NCBI RefSeq assembly: GCF_046714715.1 | Contig: NZ_JBKKAD010000168.1 | Span: forward strand, 38,152-102,151 | Source of the DNA: Conyzicola sp. | GTDB lineage: Bacteria; Actinomycetota; Actinomycetes; Actinomycetales; Microbacteriaceae | Direction: 5' to 3' | DNA: 64,000 bases | In this document: positions 35,298-43,582 of the stretch, in pieces | Layout of the letters: every line of letters starts with the position of its first letter | Position numbering within the stretch: position 1 is the first letter of the stretch | The notes under the pieces: model-generated | What the model was told of the DNA's origin: nothing | Databases searched by the model: none | Seen by the model: the letters and a program-made list of their open reading frames with translations, nothing else | Made by a program: the position numbers and the translations under genes

Positions 35298-37058
35298 ATG
35301 CGCAAAAAGTTCGCCCTCCCAATGACCCTCACCTCCCTGCTGCTCGGCGCCGTGATCCTCACGGCCTGTGCGACAACGACAACAGAGGCCACCGACGCAG
35401 CCGCATCGAGCAGCTCGGCCATCGCCGACGTCGACGCGACGCTCACCGCCGAGGCGGTGCTCGCCGCGAACGAAGACGCCACCACGACGAACGACGACGA
35501 GTGGTCGATGGACGACGCCGTCGAGATCACGCTCGACGGAGACACCGCGACATCCGATTCTGAGAACGTCACCATCGACGGATCGACCGTCACCATCGAC
35601 GGATCGACCGTCACCATCACGGCGGCCGGCACCTACGTGCTCAGCGGCACGCTCGACGACGGGCAGATCGTGGTCGACTCCGTCGACGAGGGGGTCGTCG
35701 CGCTCGTACTCGACGGCGCCGACATCTCCTCCACAACGGAATCGGCGATCACGTTCACCACGGCGACCAACGCGGTCGTCTCGCTCGCCGACGGCAGCGA
35801 GAACACGCTGAGCGACACGTCCGCGTACGCCGACACGGCCGAGGCCAACGCCGCGCTGTACGCCGACACCGATCTCACCATCACCGGCACCGGAAGCCTC
35901 ACCGTGAACGGAAACGGCAACGACGGCATCACCTCGACCGACGATCTAGTCGTGCTGTCGGGCACGATCGCGGTGGACGCGGTCGACGACGGCCTGCGCG
36001 GCAAAGACTCGCTCACCGTCGAGGACGGCGACATCACGGTCACCGTCGGCGGCGACGGACTCAAGAGCGACAACGACGAAGACCTGACCCGCGGCTACAT
36101 CGACATCCAGGGCGGCACACTCGACGTGACGGCCGCCGGCGACGGCGTCGACGCCGAGACCGACCTCGTGATCACCGGCGGCTCCGTCACGGTCGCGGCC
36201 GGCGGAGGCGCGAGCAAGCAGGTAACCGACACCTCGTCCAAGGGTCTTAAGGGCGGCACCTACGTGATCGTCGAGGGCGGCACGATCGACGTCGACTCCT
36301 CCGACGACGCGGTGCACTCGAACGGTGCGATCCACCTGGGCGGCGACGCCGAGGTCACCCTCGCCAGCGGCGACGACGGCGTTCACGCCGACACCGCGCT
36401 GCTCATCGACGGCGGCACGGTCGCGGTCACCGAATCCTACGAGGGGCTCGAGAGCGCCACCATCACCGTCGCGGAAGGCACGGTCGACGTGACGGCGAGC
36501 GACGACGGCATCAACGCGTCGGCCGGCACGACGACCGAGACCACGGGCGGCGGCATGGGCGGCGAGACCGGCGGCACCGAGATGGTCTCCATCACCGGCG
36601 GCGACACGACCATCCACGCCGACGGCGACGGGTTCGACTCGAACGGATCCGCCGAGATCAGCGGCGGCACCCTCACCGTCTACGGGCCGACGAACGACGG
36701 CAACGGCGCGCTCGACGTCAACGGAACCCTCGAGGTGAGCGGCGGCACGGTGCTCGCTGCCGGCAGCTCGGGCATGGTCGTCTCCCCGAGCGATGACTCC
36801 GCGCAGGGCTTCCTCGCCGCGACGGCCAGCGGCGAGGCCGGCTCCGAGGTCGAGATCCGAGACGCGGATGGCACGGTGGTCACGTCGTTCACTTCTGAGA
36901 AGCAATTCGCGTCGGTCGTCTACTCGGGTAGCAAACTCGTGGCCGATGCCGAGTACAGGGTCTACGTCGACGGCTCCGAGGCGGGCACGGCGACCGAGGG
37001 CGTGGCGGCCGCCGGCGGAATGGGCGGTGGCGGAATGGGCGGCGGCGAACGGCCGTGA
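35298..37058 (+). CDS. secreted lipoprotein, Cthe_2159-like carbohydrate-binding beta-helix repeat protein
   Basis: 586 aa; lipobox LTAC; many repeats of ..G(T/S)(L/V)T(V/I)..GDG(I/L/F)(D/K/T)S..; Gly/Met-rich tail. Confidence 0.7.
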   Translation: MRKKFALPMTLTSLLLGAVILTACATTTTEATDAAASSSSAIADVDATLTAEAVLAANEDATTTNDDEWSMDDAVEITLDGDTATSDSENVTIDGSTVTIDGSTVTITAAGTYVLSGTLDDGQIVVDSVDEGVVALVLDGADISSTTESAITFTTATNAVVSLADGSENTLSDTSAYADTAEANAALYADTDLTITGTGSLTVNGNGNDGITSTDDLVVLSGTIAVDAVDDGLRGKDSLTVEDGDITVTVGGDGLKSDNDEDLTRGYIDIQGGTLDVTAAGDGVDAETDLVITGGSVTVAAGGGASKQVTDTSSKGLKGGTYVIVEGGTIDVDSSDDAVHSNGAIHLGGDAEVTLASGDDGVHADTALLIDGGTVAVTESYEGLESATITVAEGTVDVTASDDGINASAGTTTETTGGGMGGETGGTEMVSITGGDTTIHADGDGFDSNGSAEISGGTLTVYGPTNDGNGALDVNGTLEVSGGTVLAAGSSGMVVSPSDDSAQGFLAATASGEAGSEVEIRDADGTVVTSFTSEKQFASVVYSGSKLVADAEYRVYVDGSEAGTATEGVAAAGGMGGGGMGGGERP

Positions 37059-37068
37059 CGCTAGCGTG

Positions 37069-37184
37069 CTGGTTGAGTAGGTCGCCCAGCGACCGTATCG
37101 AAACCCCGCCGAGGTTTCGATACGGGCCGTAGACGGCCCTACTCAACCAGCGGGTACCCGCCGCAGACGGCCCTACTCGACCGG
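37069..37184. repeat. GAGTAG-element, full copy plus an extra right terminal arm
   Basis: ctggttgagtagg-tcgcccagcga-ccgtatcgaaacc-ccgccga-ggtttcgatacgg-gccgtagacggc-cctactcaaccag, then ..cagacggccctactcgaccgg. Confidence 0.9.
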
Positions 37185-37276
37185 CTGTTTCGGTACGGTG
37201 ATGTCGAGAACACCGGCCCGGCTCCGACTCCTGTGTGAGACGCCCGCCCCGGGCATCCGAAAACGAGGAGTGAACG

Positions 37277-37636
37277 ATGAAGTACATGATCGCAATGTTC
37301 GGAAGCGCCGAGGAGATGGGCGCCACGAAGACACCGGAGTGGATCGGCGAGATGATCCAGTTCATGATCGCCATCGACGGGCGCCTGCGCGACTCGGGCG
37401 AGATGGTTTACAACGAGGGACTCGCCGACCCCAGCCAGGCCAAGGTCGTGCGGCTCGAGAACGGACAGCCGGTCGCGACCGACGGTCCGTTCGCCGAGGC
37501 GAAGGAGTCGGTCATCGGCTTCTGGGTGGTCGACGTGGCGAGCGAGCAACGCGCGCTCGACATCTGCGCCGAGATCGTCGTGTGGTCTGAGGTGGTCGAG
37601 CTGCGTCCCGTCCCGTCGGGGCCGCCCGAGCAGTGA
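37277..37636 (+). CDS. YciI family protein
   Basis: 119 aa; MKYMIAMFG.., DGPFAEAKESVIGFWVVDV motif. Confidence 0.8.
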   Translation: MKYMIAMFGSAEEMGATKTPEWIGEMIQFMIAIDGRLRDSGEMVYNEGLADPSQAKVVRLENGQPVATDGPFAEAKESVIGFWVVDVASEQRALDICAEIVVWSEVVELRPVPSGPPEQ

Positions 37637-37646
37637 CAGACAAGCA

Positions 37647-38864
37647 GTGACAGACGAGCGCGTCGTCGTCGGCCTGCTGCGCGAACTCGCGCCGCAGGTC
37701 GTCGGCGTGCTCGCCCGCCGCTACGGCGACTGGTCGGCCGCCGAAGACGCCACCCAGGAGGCGCTGCTCGCCGCCTCGACCGCATGGAGCACTGACGGGA
37801 TTCCGGATCATCCGCGGTCCTGGCTCATCACGGTCGCCTCGCGCCGGGTCATCGACTCGCTGCGCAGCGACATCGCCCGCCGCGAGCGCGAATACAGTGT
37901 CGCCGCGCTCGAGGTTGCGACGGCCGTGCCCGGCGACGACGACTCTCTCACCCTGCTCTACCTGTGCTGCCACCCGGCGCTCTCGCAGCCGTCGCAGCTC
38001 GCGCTCACCCTGCGCGCCGTGGGCGGGCTGACGACGGCCGAGATCGCGCGCGCGTTTCTCGTGCCCGAATCGACCGTCGCGCAGCGCATCAGCCGGGCGA
38101 AGCAGCAGATCCGCGCGGCCGGGCTGCGCTTCGAGCCGCCTCCCGCACACGACCTTGACGCGCGGCTCGCCGTCGTGCTGCAGGTGCTCTACCTGATCTT
38201 CAACGAGGGCTACACGCCAGGTTCGCGGTCGGTCGCCGCGGGCGCGGACCTGACGGACGAGGCGATCCGCATAGCCCGGATGCTGCGGGCCAGCCTCCCG
38301 GCGGACGGCGAGGTAGCAGGGCTGCTCGCCCTGATGCTGCTCACCGACGCCCGCCGGGCAGCCCGCGAACTGCCCGACGGCATGCTCGTTCCGCTCGCCG
38401 AACAGGACCGCAGGCTCTGGAACGCCGCGCTCATCGCCGAGGGCACCGCGCTGCTGACCGCCACCCTCGGCTCAGTCGCGGTCGGGCCGTACCAGCTGCA
38501 GGCGGCGATCGCCGCGCTGCACGACGAGGCCGCGACCCCGGATGACACGGACTGGCCGCAGATCCTCGCGCTGTACACCGTGCTCGAGCGCATCGCGCCG
38601 GGACCGGTGGTCACGCTCAACCGCGCCGTCGCGGTCGCGATGGTCGACGGGCCGCTCGCCGGACTCGCCCTGCTCGGAACGATCGCGGGGGAGGCGGGGC
38701 TGGCGCACACGCACCGGTTCGACGTGGTGCGCGGGCACCTGCTCGAGCTCGCCGGGGATGCCGTCGGCGCGGTGGAGGCGTACGGCACCGCGATGCGCGG
38801 AACGGTCAGCGTGGCCGAACGCCGCTACCTGGCGCTGAAGGTCGCGCGGCTCGCTGCCGGTTGA
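37647..38864 (+). CDS. RNA polymerase sigma factor (ECF-like, long C-terminal TPR-like extension; YciI-associated type)
   Basis: 405 aa; region 2 EDATQEALLAA..HPRSWLITVASRRVIDSLR, region 4 TTAEIARAFLVPESTVAQRISRAKQQI; stop TGA inside a GAGTAG-element. Confidence 0.8.
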   Translation: MTDERVVVGLLRELAPQVVGVLARRYGDWSAAEDATQEALLAASTAWSTDGIPDHPRSWLITVASRRVIDSLRSDIARREREYSVAALEVATAVPGDDDSLTLLYLCCHPALSQPSQLALTLRAVGGLTTAEIARAFLVPESTVAQRISRAKQQIRAAGLRFEPPPAHDLDARLAVVLQVLYLIFNEGYTPGSRSVAAGADLTDEAIRIARMLRASLPADGEVAGLLALMLLTDARRAARELPDGMLVPLAEQDRRLWNAALIAEGTALLTATLGSVAVGPYQLQAAIAALHDEAATPDDTDWPQILALYTVLERIAPGPVVTLNRAVAVAMVDGPLAGLALLGTIAGEAGLAHTHRFDVVRGHLLELAGDAVGAVEAYGTAMRGTVSVAERRYLALKVARLAAG

Positions 38865-38938
38865 GTAGCGCCCTCTAGGGCGCGTATCGAAACCCTCGCG
38901 AGGTTTCGATACGGTCGCTGAGCGACCTACTCAACCAG
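38857..38938. repeat. GAGTAG-element, full copy
   Basis: ccggttgagtag-cgccctctagggcg-cgtatcgaaacc-ctcgcga-ggtttcgatacgg-tcgctgagcga-cctactcaaccag; supplies the stop codons of both convergent flanking genes. Confidence 0.9.
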
Positions 38939-39739
38939 CAGCGTCGCCCGCTCGCGCTCGGCCTTCTCCAGCGCCCGCGCGGCTGTCGTGCGCTTGCGCT
39001 CGGCCGCCTCGAACGCCCGTGCCGCATCGGCGAGTTCGCCCTCCACGTCGGCGAGGTGCTCGCGCAGTTCCTCGCGCTCGAGCGTCAGCGACTCCTTCGC
39101 GCTGCCCGCCTGACGCGCCGTGCGCTCGGCGTCGGCGGCGGCCGCCCGTGCGGTGGCGACCGCAGCATCCGCGGCCTCGACCTTCTTCTTCGACGGCGCC
39201 TTCTTCACGGGGGTCTTCGCCTTCCCGCGCGCCCGGGCGTGTGGCAGCGGACCGGCCACCGCGTCGTCGAGGTCGACGGCTTCGAGGCCGTCGCCCGAGA
39301 GCGCCCGCACCAGCCGTCCGGATGTCACGGCCGCGGCAGCGGCAGCATCCGACATGCCGGCCTGCAGGGTCCGTTCGACATCGATGATGGCCGCCGCATT
39401 CACCGGATGCCCCGCGTCGGCGGCGAGGGAACCCGCCTGCTTCGCGAGTGCCGCGACCAGGGCCCGCCGCTGCGAGCCGAGCTTCGTGAGCGTCGCGCGA
39501 TCGAAGCCGTCTTGCGCGTTCCGCAGTGAGTCACCGAGCGCGAACAGCTGAGCGACGTCGTCGGGCCGCTCCCGCGCGAGCAGGTTGACGGCCCACGCGG
39601 CCGCCGACGGTCTCGGCAGCGACTTGACCTCGGTGCCGAGGGTGCCGCCCTCGCTCTTCGCGCGCGCGTTGCGGGCGGCGGTGAACTCCGTCGGCAGCAG
39701 GGCGTAGAGCTCGGTCGCGACGGCGGCGAGTTCGGTCAT
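38927..39739 (-). CDS. hypothetical protein with C-terminal coiled-coil
   Basis: 270 aa; protein-like composition; no motif recognised; ends LLVE* within the repeat. Confidence 0.55.
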   Translation of the reverse strand: MTELAAVATELYALLPTEFTAARNARAKSEGGTLGTEVKSLPRPSAAAWAVNLLARERPDDVAQLFALGDSLRNAQDGFDRATLTKLGSQRRALVAALAKQAGSLAADAGHPVNAAAIIDVERTLQAGMSDAAAAAAVTSGRLVRALSGDGLEAVDLDDAVAGPLPHARARGKAKTPVKKAPSKKKVEAADAAVATARAAAADAERTARQAGSAKESLTLEREELREHLADVEGELADAARAFEAAERKRTTAARALEKAERERATLLVE

Positions 39740-40674
39740 ACAGCCAATTGTGCACGCTGAGCCGTGGGCCGGGCCGCCGCGAGCGACGCTTCGATGCCCC
39801 GCGCGACCGGCGTCGCCGCCACCCCGAAGGTCGTCTCGAACGCACGCGAGTCGAAGACGTACGGGGCCGTGTACTGGTACGCCATTTCGAGCGTCTCCCG
39901 CGCCGCGGAGTTGAATAGCGAGCCGATGCGCATCATCGTGTTGCCCATCACGCCGGCCCGGCCGCCGGCGAGCTCGATGTACTGGCGGCCGGTGAGCGCG
40001 GGCGCCGTCGGAACGTGCCAGGTGCCGCCGCGCGCTTCGTGTGTTCTGCCGACGAGGGCGAGCGCGTCGCCGATGTCGGGGGTGTACGTGAGCGAGTGCG
40101 GCTGGTCGGCGTCGAAGAGCCAGGTGCCCGTCTTGCCCGCGGCGATTTTGTCGAGGGCGAACGAGTTGAACACGCTCGTCGTCGCGCCGGGACCGTAGAA
40201 GTCGGCGCTGCGCACGGTGGTCACGTCGAGTCCGCGATCGGATGCCGCGGCGAGCGTCTGCAGCGCGGATGCCCGCACGCGCCCCTTCTTACTGCACGGA
40301 TCGATGGCGGTCTGCTCGGTCATTGCGCCGTCGACCAGGCCGTAGGCGTACACGTTGTCGAAGTAGACGAGGTGGGTGCCGTGCTCGACCGCGGCGTCGA
40401 TCGCGTTGCGGATGACGATCGGCCACTGCTCGGCCCAGACGCGACTGGAATACGGCAGCCCCGCCGTCAGGTAGGCGACCTCGGCTCCTCGCAGCGCGAG
40501 ACTCACGGCCGCCGGGTCGAGGAGGTCGCCGATCACCGAACGCACGCCCTGCGCGGTCGAAGCGCGACGTCCGACGGAGGCGGGTGCCTCGCCATGTTCG
40601 ACCAGTGCGCGAACGGTCTCGCGCCCGATGATGCCGTTGCCGCCGAGAACGACGTGGGTGGAGGTGGCGGTCAT
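39736..40674 (-). CDS. NAD-dependent epimerase/dehydratase family protein
   Basis: Start at MTATSTHVVLGGNGIIG (Rossmann GxxGxxG); 4-nt overlap with the downstream gene. Confidence 0.8.
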   Translation of the reverse strand: MTATSTHVVLGGNGIIGRETVRALVEHGEAPASVGRRASTAQGVRSVIGDLLDPAAVSLALRGAEVAYLTAGLPYSSRVWAEQWPIVIRNAIDAAVEHGTHLVYFDNVYAYGLVDGAMTEQTAIDPCSKKGRVRASALQTLAAASDRGLDVTTVRSADFYGPGATTSVFNSFALDKIAAGKTGTWLFDADQPHSLTYTPDIGDALALVGRTHEARGGTWHVPTAPALTGRQYIELAGGRAGVMGNTMMRIGSLFNSAARETLEMAYQYTAPYVFDSRAFETTFGVAATPVARGIEASLAAARPTAQRAQLAV

Positions 40675-40780
40675 GGTTGCGCTCGTTTCGTTTGGGGAGC
40701 TGGAATGAATAGAGAGTAGCACTATCTATTTGTAGAAAGCGAGCAAAATTGTTGTCACCTTTCCCGGTTGCTGGGATGCT

Positions 40781-41287
40781 GTGCGGATGGGGAACCCGAC
40801 GTACCGCCGCGCTGCCGCGATTGCCGTGGCGGTGGCCGTGTCATCCGCTCTCTCCGGATGCACCGCCGCCCCGATATCCACCGACACCGTGCAGACCGCC
40901 GCCCCGACGCCGACGTCCGACGTGACCTATGGAATGACCATCACCCAGTCGCCGACCCCGCAGGAGATCTGCGCGGAGTTGATCGACGTCAACACGCTGC
41001 TGCACAACGAGGGCGTCGCGTTCGTCGAGGGACGTGTCGGGCAACAGGAACTGCGCGCGTCACACCAGTTGGTCGGCCGACTCGTGCAGCGTATCGACAC
41101 GTCGATCGGCACCGACCTTTCCGATGCCGTGAAAGACATGAAAGTGGCCGTCGGCGAGGGTCGCCCGGGTGCGCCGACCACGTTCGACCCCGCCACCGAA
41201 AGCTGGTCGAGCGCGTTCGCCGAGGCGAAGGCGGAATGCGCCCAAGCCGGTGTCGAGGTCTATGCCGAAGGCTGGACCGGCGGCTGA
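40781..41287 (+). CDS. hypothetical lipoprotein
   Basis: 168 aa; signal peptide plus lipobox LSGC. Confidence 0.55.
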   Translation: MRMGNPTYRRAAAIAVAVAVSSALSGCTAAPISTDTVQTAAPTPTSDVTYGMTITQSPTPQEICAELIDVNTLLHNEGVAFVEGRVGQQELRASHQLVGRLVQRIDTSIGTDLSDAVKDMKVAVGEGRPGAPTTFDPATESWSSAFAEAKAECAQAGVEVYAEGWTGG

Positions 41288-41312
41288 GCTCGCTCGCGGC
41301 GAGAATAGACGC

Positions 41313-41627
41313 ATGACGTTGAACAAACGCGAGCGCGCCGCCACGAGCGAAGAACAGCGGGCCAACCTCGAGCTGGCGGGCCTCAGCGAGGCCGACCTGC
41401 AGCGCACCCTGGGAATGGACGACGAGCGGGTGTCAGCCGCGCTCGACGTCACCGACTCCGATCCGATCGACGTCTGGCTCGTGCGCGACTACCTCGAGCG
41501 CACCGTGCTCGAGCGCGGGCGTAAACCGCGCCCGTACTCGGTGCTCACGCCGGCGGCGCGGGCGTCTGCCGAAAGATGGTTCGCGCTGTACGACCTCGAC
41601 GAGGTGCTGAAGGACAGCGCGGGCTAG
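41313..41627 (+). CDS. DUF2316 family protein
   Basis: Internal ATG (MTLNKRERAATSEEQRANLELAGLSEADLQR..VWLVRDYLE..PRPYSVL) matches my recollection of the DUF2316 pattern. Confidence 0.6.
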   Translation: MTLNKRERAATSEEQRANLELAGLSEADLQRTLGMDDERVSAALDVTDSDPIDVWLVRDYLERTVLERGRKPRPYSVLTPAARASAERWFALYDLDEVLKDSAG

Positions 41628-41698
41628 GTTTCGACAGGCTCAACCCGCAGGGTTTCGACAGGCTCAACCCGCGGGGTTTCGACAGGCTCAACCCGCGG
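41627..41698. repeat. 3 x 24-bp tandem repeat (condensed GAGTAG-element right arm)
   Basis: ggtttcgacaggctcaacccgc[a/g]g three times; spans from the stop of the plus gene to the stop of the convergent minus gene. Confidence 0.9.
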
Positions 41699-42470
41699 GC
41701 GCCCGCAAAAACTCGAGCGCGGCGTCGCGGAACGCCCGCGAGGTGGGCGCGTTGAAGTGGTTGCGGCCGGGGATCTCGAAGAACTCGCCTTCCGCCGCCA
41801 TGGCCAGTGCGCGCGACTTCGGCAGGATTCCGTCTTCGCTTCCGGTGGCGAACAGCGTCGGCTGGTCGGGCGCGTTATCGGCGCTCGGCTGCGGGCCGCC
41901 GCGCATGCCCTCGACGAGGGCGACGAGGGCGGTCAGGTCGTTGCCCTCGATGCCGCTCGCCATCTGCAGATACGCGCCGGTGAGCCGGTCCTCCACGACG
42001 TGGCCGCGTTCGATGTGCGCGCGGGCCGCATCGACCTGGAAGCGCGTGAGCGGGTCGCCGTCGGGGATGCCCCCGAGCACCGCCTTCGTGATGCGCTCGG
42101 GCAGCTCGCGCGCCGCCTCCCAGCCGACCCGTGCGCCGAGCGAGTAGCCGACATACGCCACCTCGTCGAGCATGAACGTGTCGAGCACGGCCAGCACGTC
42201 GTCGACGAGCGCGGCCATCGTGTACGCGTCGGGGGAGTGCGGCTTGTCGCTCGCGCCGTGACCGCGCTGGTCGATCGCGATCACGTGGAAGTCCGCACGC
42301 AGCAGGTCGCGGATCCACCCGGTGGAATGCCAGTTCAGCAGCGCGCTCGACGCGAAACCGTGCACTGCGAAGACGGTGGGCGCATCCGGGTCGCCGAATT
42401 CGTAGGTGGCGATGTTGGTGACGTCCGGGGAAAGCACGGAGCGGGCTGGCGGGATCTCAGGCGTTAGCAC
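41688..42470 (-). CDS. alpha/beta hydrolase
   Basis: 260 aa; HGFASS.., nucleophile elbow GYSLGA. Confidence 0.85.
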   Translation of the reverse strand: MLTPEIPPARSVLSPDVTNIATYEFGDPDAPTVFAVHGFASSALLNWHSTGWIRDLLRADFHVIAIDQRGHGASDKPHSPDAYTMAALVDDVLAVLDTFMLDEVAYVGYSLGARVGWEAARELPERITKAVLGGIPDGDPLTRFQVDAARAHIERGHVVEDRLTGAYLQMASGIEGNDLTALVALVEGMRGGPQPSADNAPDQPTLFATGSEDGILPKSRALAMAAEGEFFEIPGRNHFNAPTSRAFRDAALEFLRAPAG

Positions 42471-42482
42471 CCGTCAATTCAA

Positions 42483-42695
42483 TCAGTCCTTCAGTTTGCG
42501 CAGCGCCGATCCCTTGTGGGCCGCTTGAGCGCCGCTCTTCTCCGATTCGACGACGAAGGCCGGGTCGTCGGATGTCGCGGTGAAATGCTGCCCGGCGAAC
42601 TCGAAGTCATGCGTCTTCTTCTCGACCACGTGCCCGCGGGTGCGGCCCTGCGGGGTGTTCCAACTGACGCGGTCGCCTTTGCTGAGATTGCTCAT
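42483..42695 (-). CDS. DUF2945 (HVA1/Tudor-like) small protein
   Basis: 70 aa; KGDRVSWNTPQGRTRGHVVEK..SDDPAFVVESEKSG pattern. Confidence 0.75.
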   Translation of the reverse strand: MSNLSKGDRVSWNTPQGRTRGHVVEKKTHDFEFAGQHFTATSDDPAFVVESEKSGAQAAHKGSALRKLKD

Positions 42696-42769
42696 CCCCT
42701 CAACCTACGTTCCCCTCCGCGGCTCGCAACCCCCTCGATTCGCGGCGGGGGCGTTCGTAGCATGAGCCA

Positions 42770-43582
42770 ATGGACGGCGAGCAGACGGTCATCAGGGCCG
42801 CGACCTGGAACGTGTGGTGGATCTTCGGCGACGAATGGCACCTGCGCGAGCGCGGCATCGTGGCGACGCTCGAAGACTGGAACCCCGACATCGTCGGGCT
42901 GCAGGAGGCGTGGGCCTTGGGCGACCGCACCCAGCCCGACGCGCTCGGCGAAGAACTCGGCATGTATTCGGCGTTCGTCGAGCCCGGCATCCCCGTGCCG
43001 CCCGACCCGGTGCAGAACCCCGACCAGTACGGCGTGCGCATGGGGCTCGGGCTGCTGAGCCGCTGGCCGATCACGATGGTGGAGGCGCACCCGATGCCGT
43101 CGCAGGGGCGCGACCTCGTGGCCCTGATCGCGACGGTCGCGCACCCGCTCGGCCCGTTGCACGTCGTGGTGGGTGCCACCAGCTGGGAGCCGGACCGTCT
43201 CGACGAGCACTCCGCCCAACTCGCCGAGCTCGGCGAGATCGTGAGCGGGCCGCTGTCGAACGGCGAGCTGCCGTCGTTGCTGCTGGCCGACCTCAACGCC
43301 GATTTCGCGATGCCGGCGATGGCCCGCCTGCGCGAGACCCTCATCGACACGTGGGGCGATGCGAACGACTTCACCGCCGACCCCCGCACCTTCTCCGACA
43401 CCAACACGTTCGCGACCCACGAAGCGAAACGACAGTTCAACCGCCGCATCGACCACGTGATGGCGCGGCCGGGTCGCGCCGCCCGCCCGGTCACCGTCGT
43501 GGGTTCGTGGATCGTGCGCGACGAGCCCGACGGGCTTCCGCCGAGCGACCACTACCTCGTGGTCACCGATCTGCGGGTCTGA
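42770..43582 (+). CDS. endonuclease/exonuclease/phosphatase (EEP) family protein
   Basis: 270 aa; TWNVWW.., DIVGLQE, ADLNA, SDHYLVV motifs. Confidence 0.8.
   Translation: MDGEQTVIRAATWNVWWIFGDEWHLRERGIVATLEDWNPDIVGLQEAWALGDRTQPDALGEELGMYSAFVEPGIPVPPDPVQNPDQYGVRMGLGLLSRWPITMVEAHPMPSQGRDLVALIATVAHPLGPLHVVVGATSWEPDRLDEHSAQLAELGEIVSGPLSNGELPSLLLADLNADFAMPAMARLRETLIDTWGDANDFTADPRTFSDTNTFATHEAKRQFNRRIDHVMARPGRAARPVTVVGSWIVRDEPDGLPPSDHYLVVTDLRV

Noticed and set aside
37069-37150. The cloverleaf-like fold of the 82-bp element as a tRNA or tmRNA-like gene
   Set aside because: No T-loop (GTTCRANYC), D-loop or anticodon-arm geometry. The element is present in many near-identical and half copies, which fits a repeat family rather than a tRNA.
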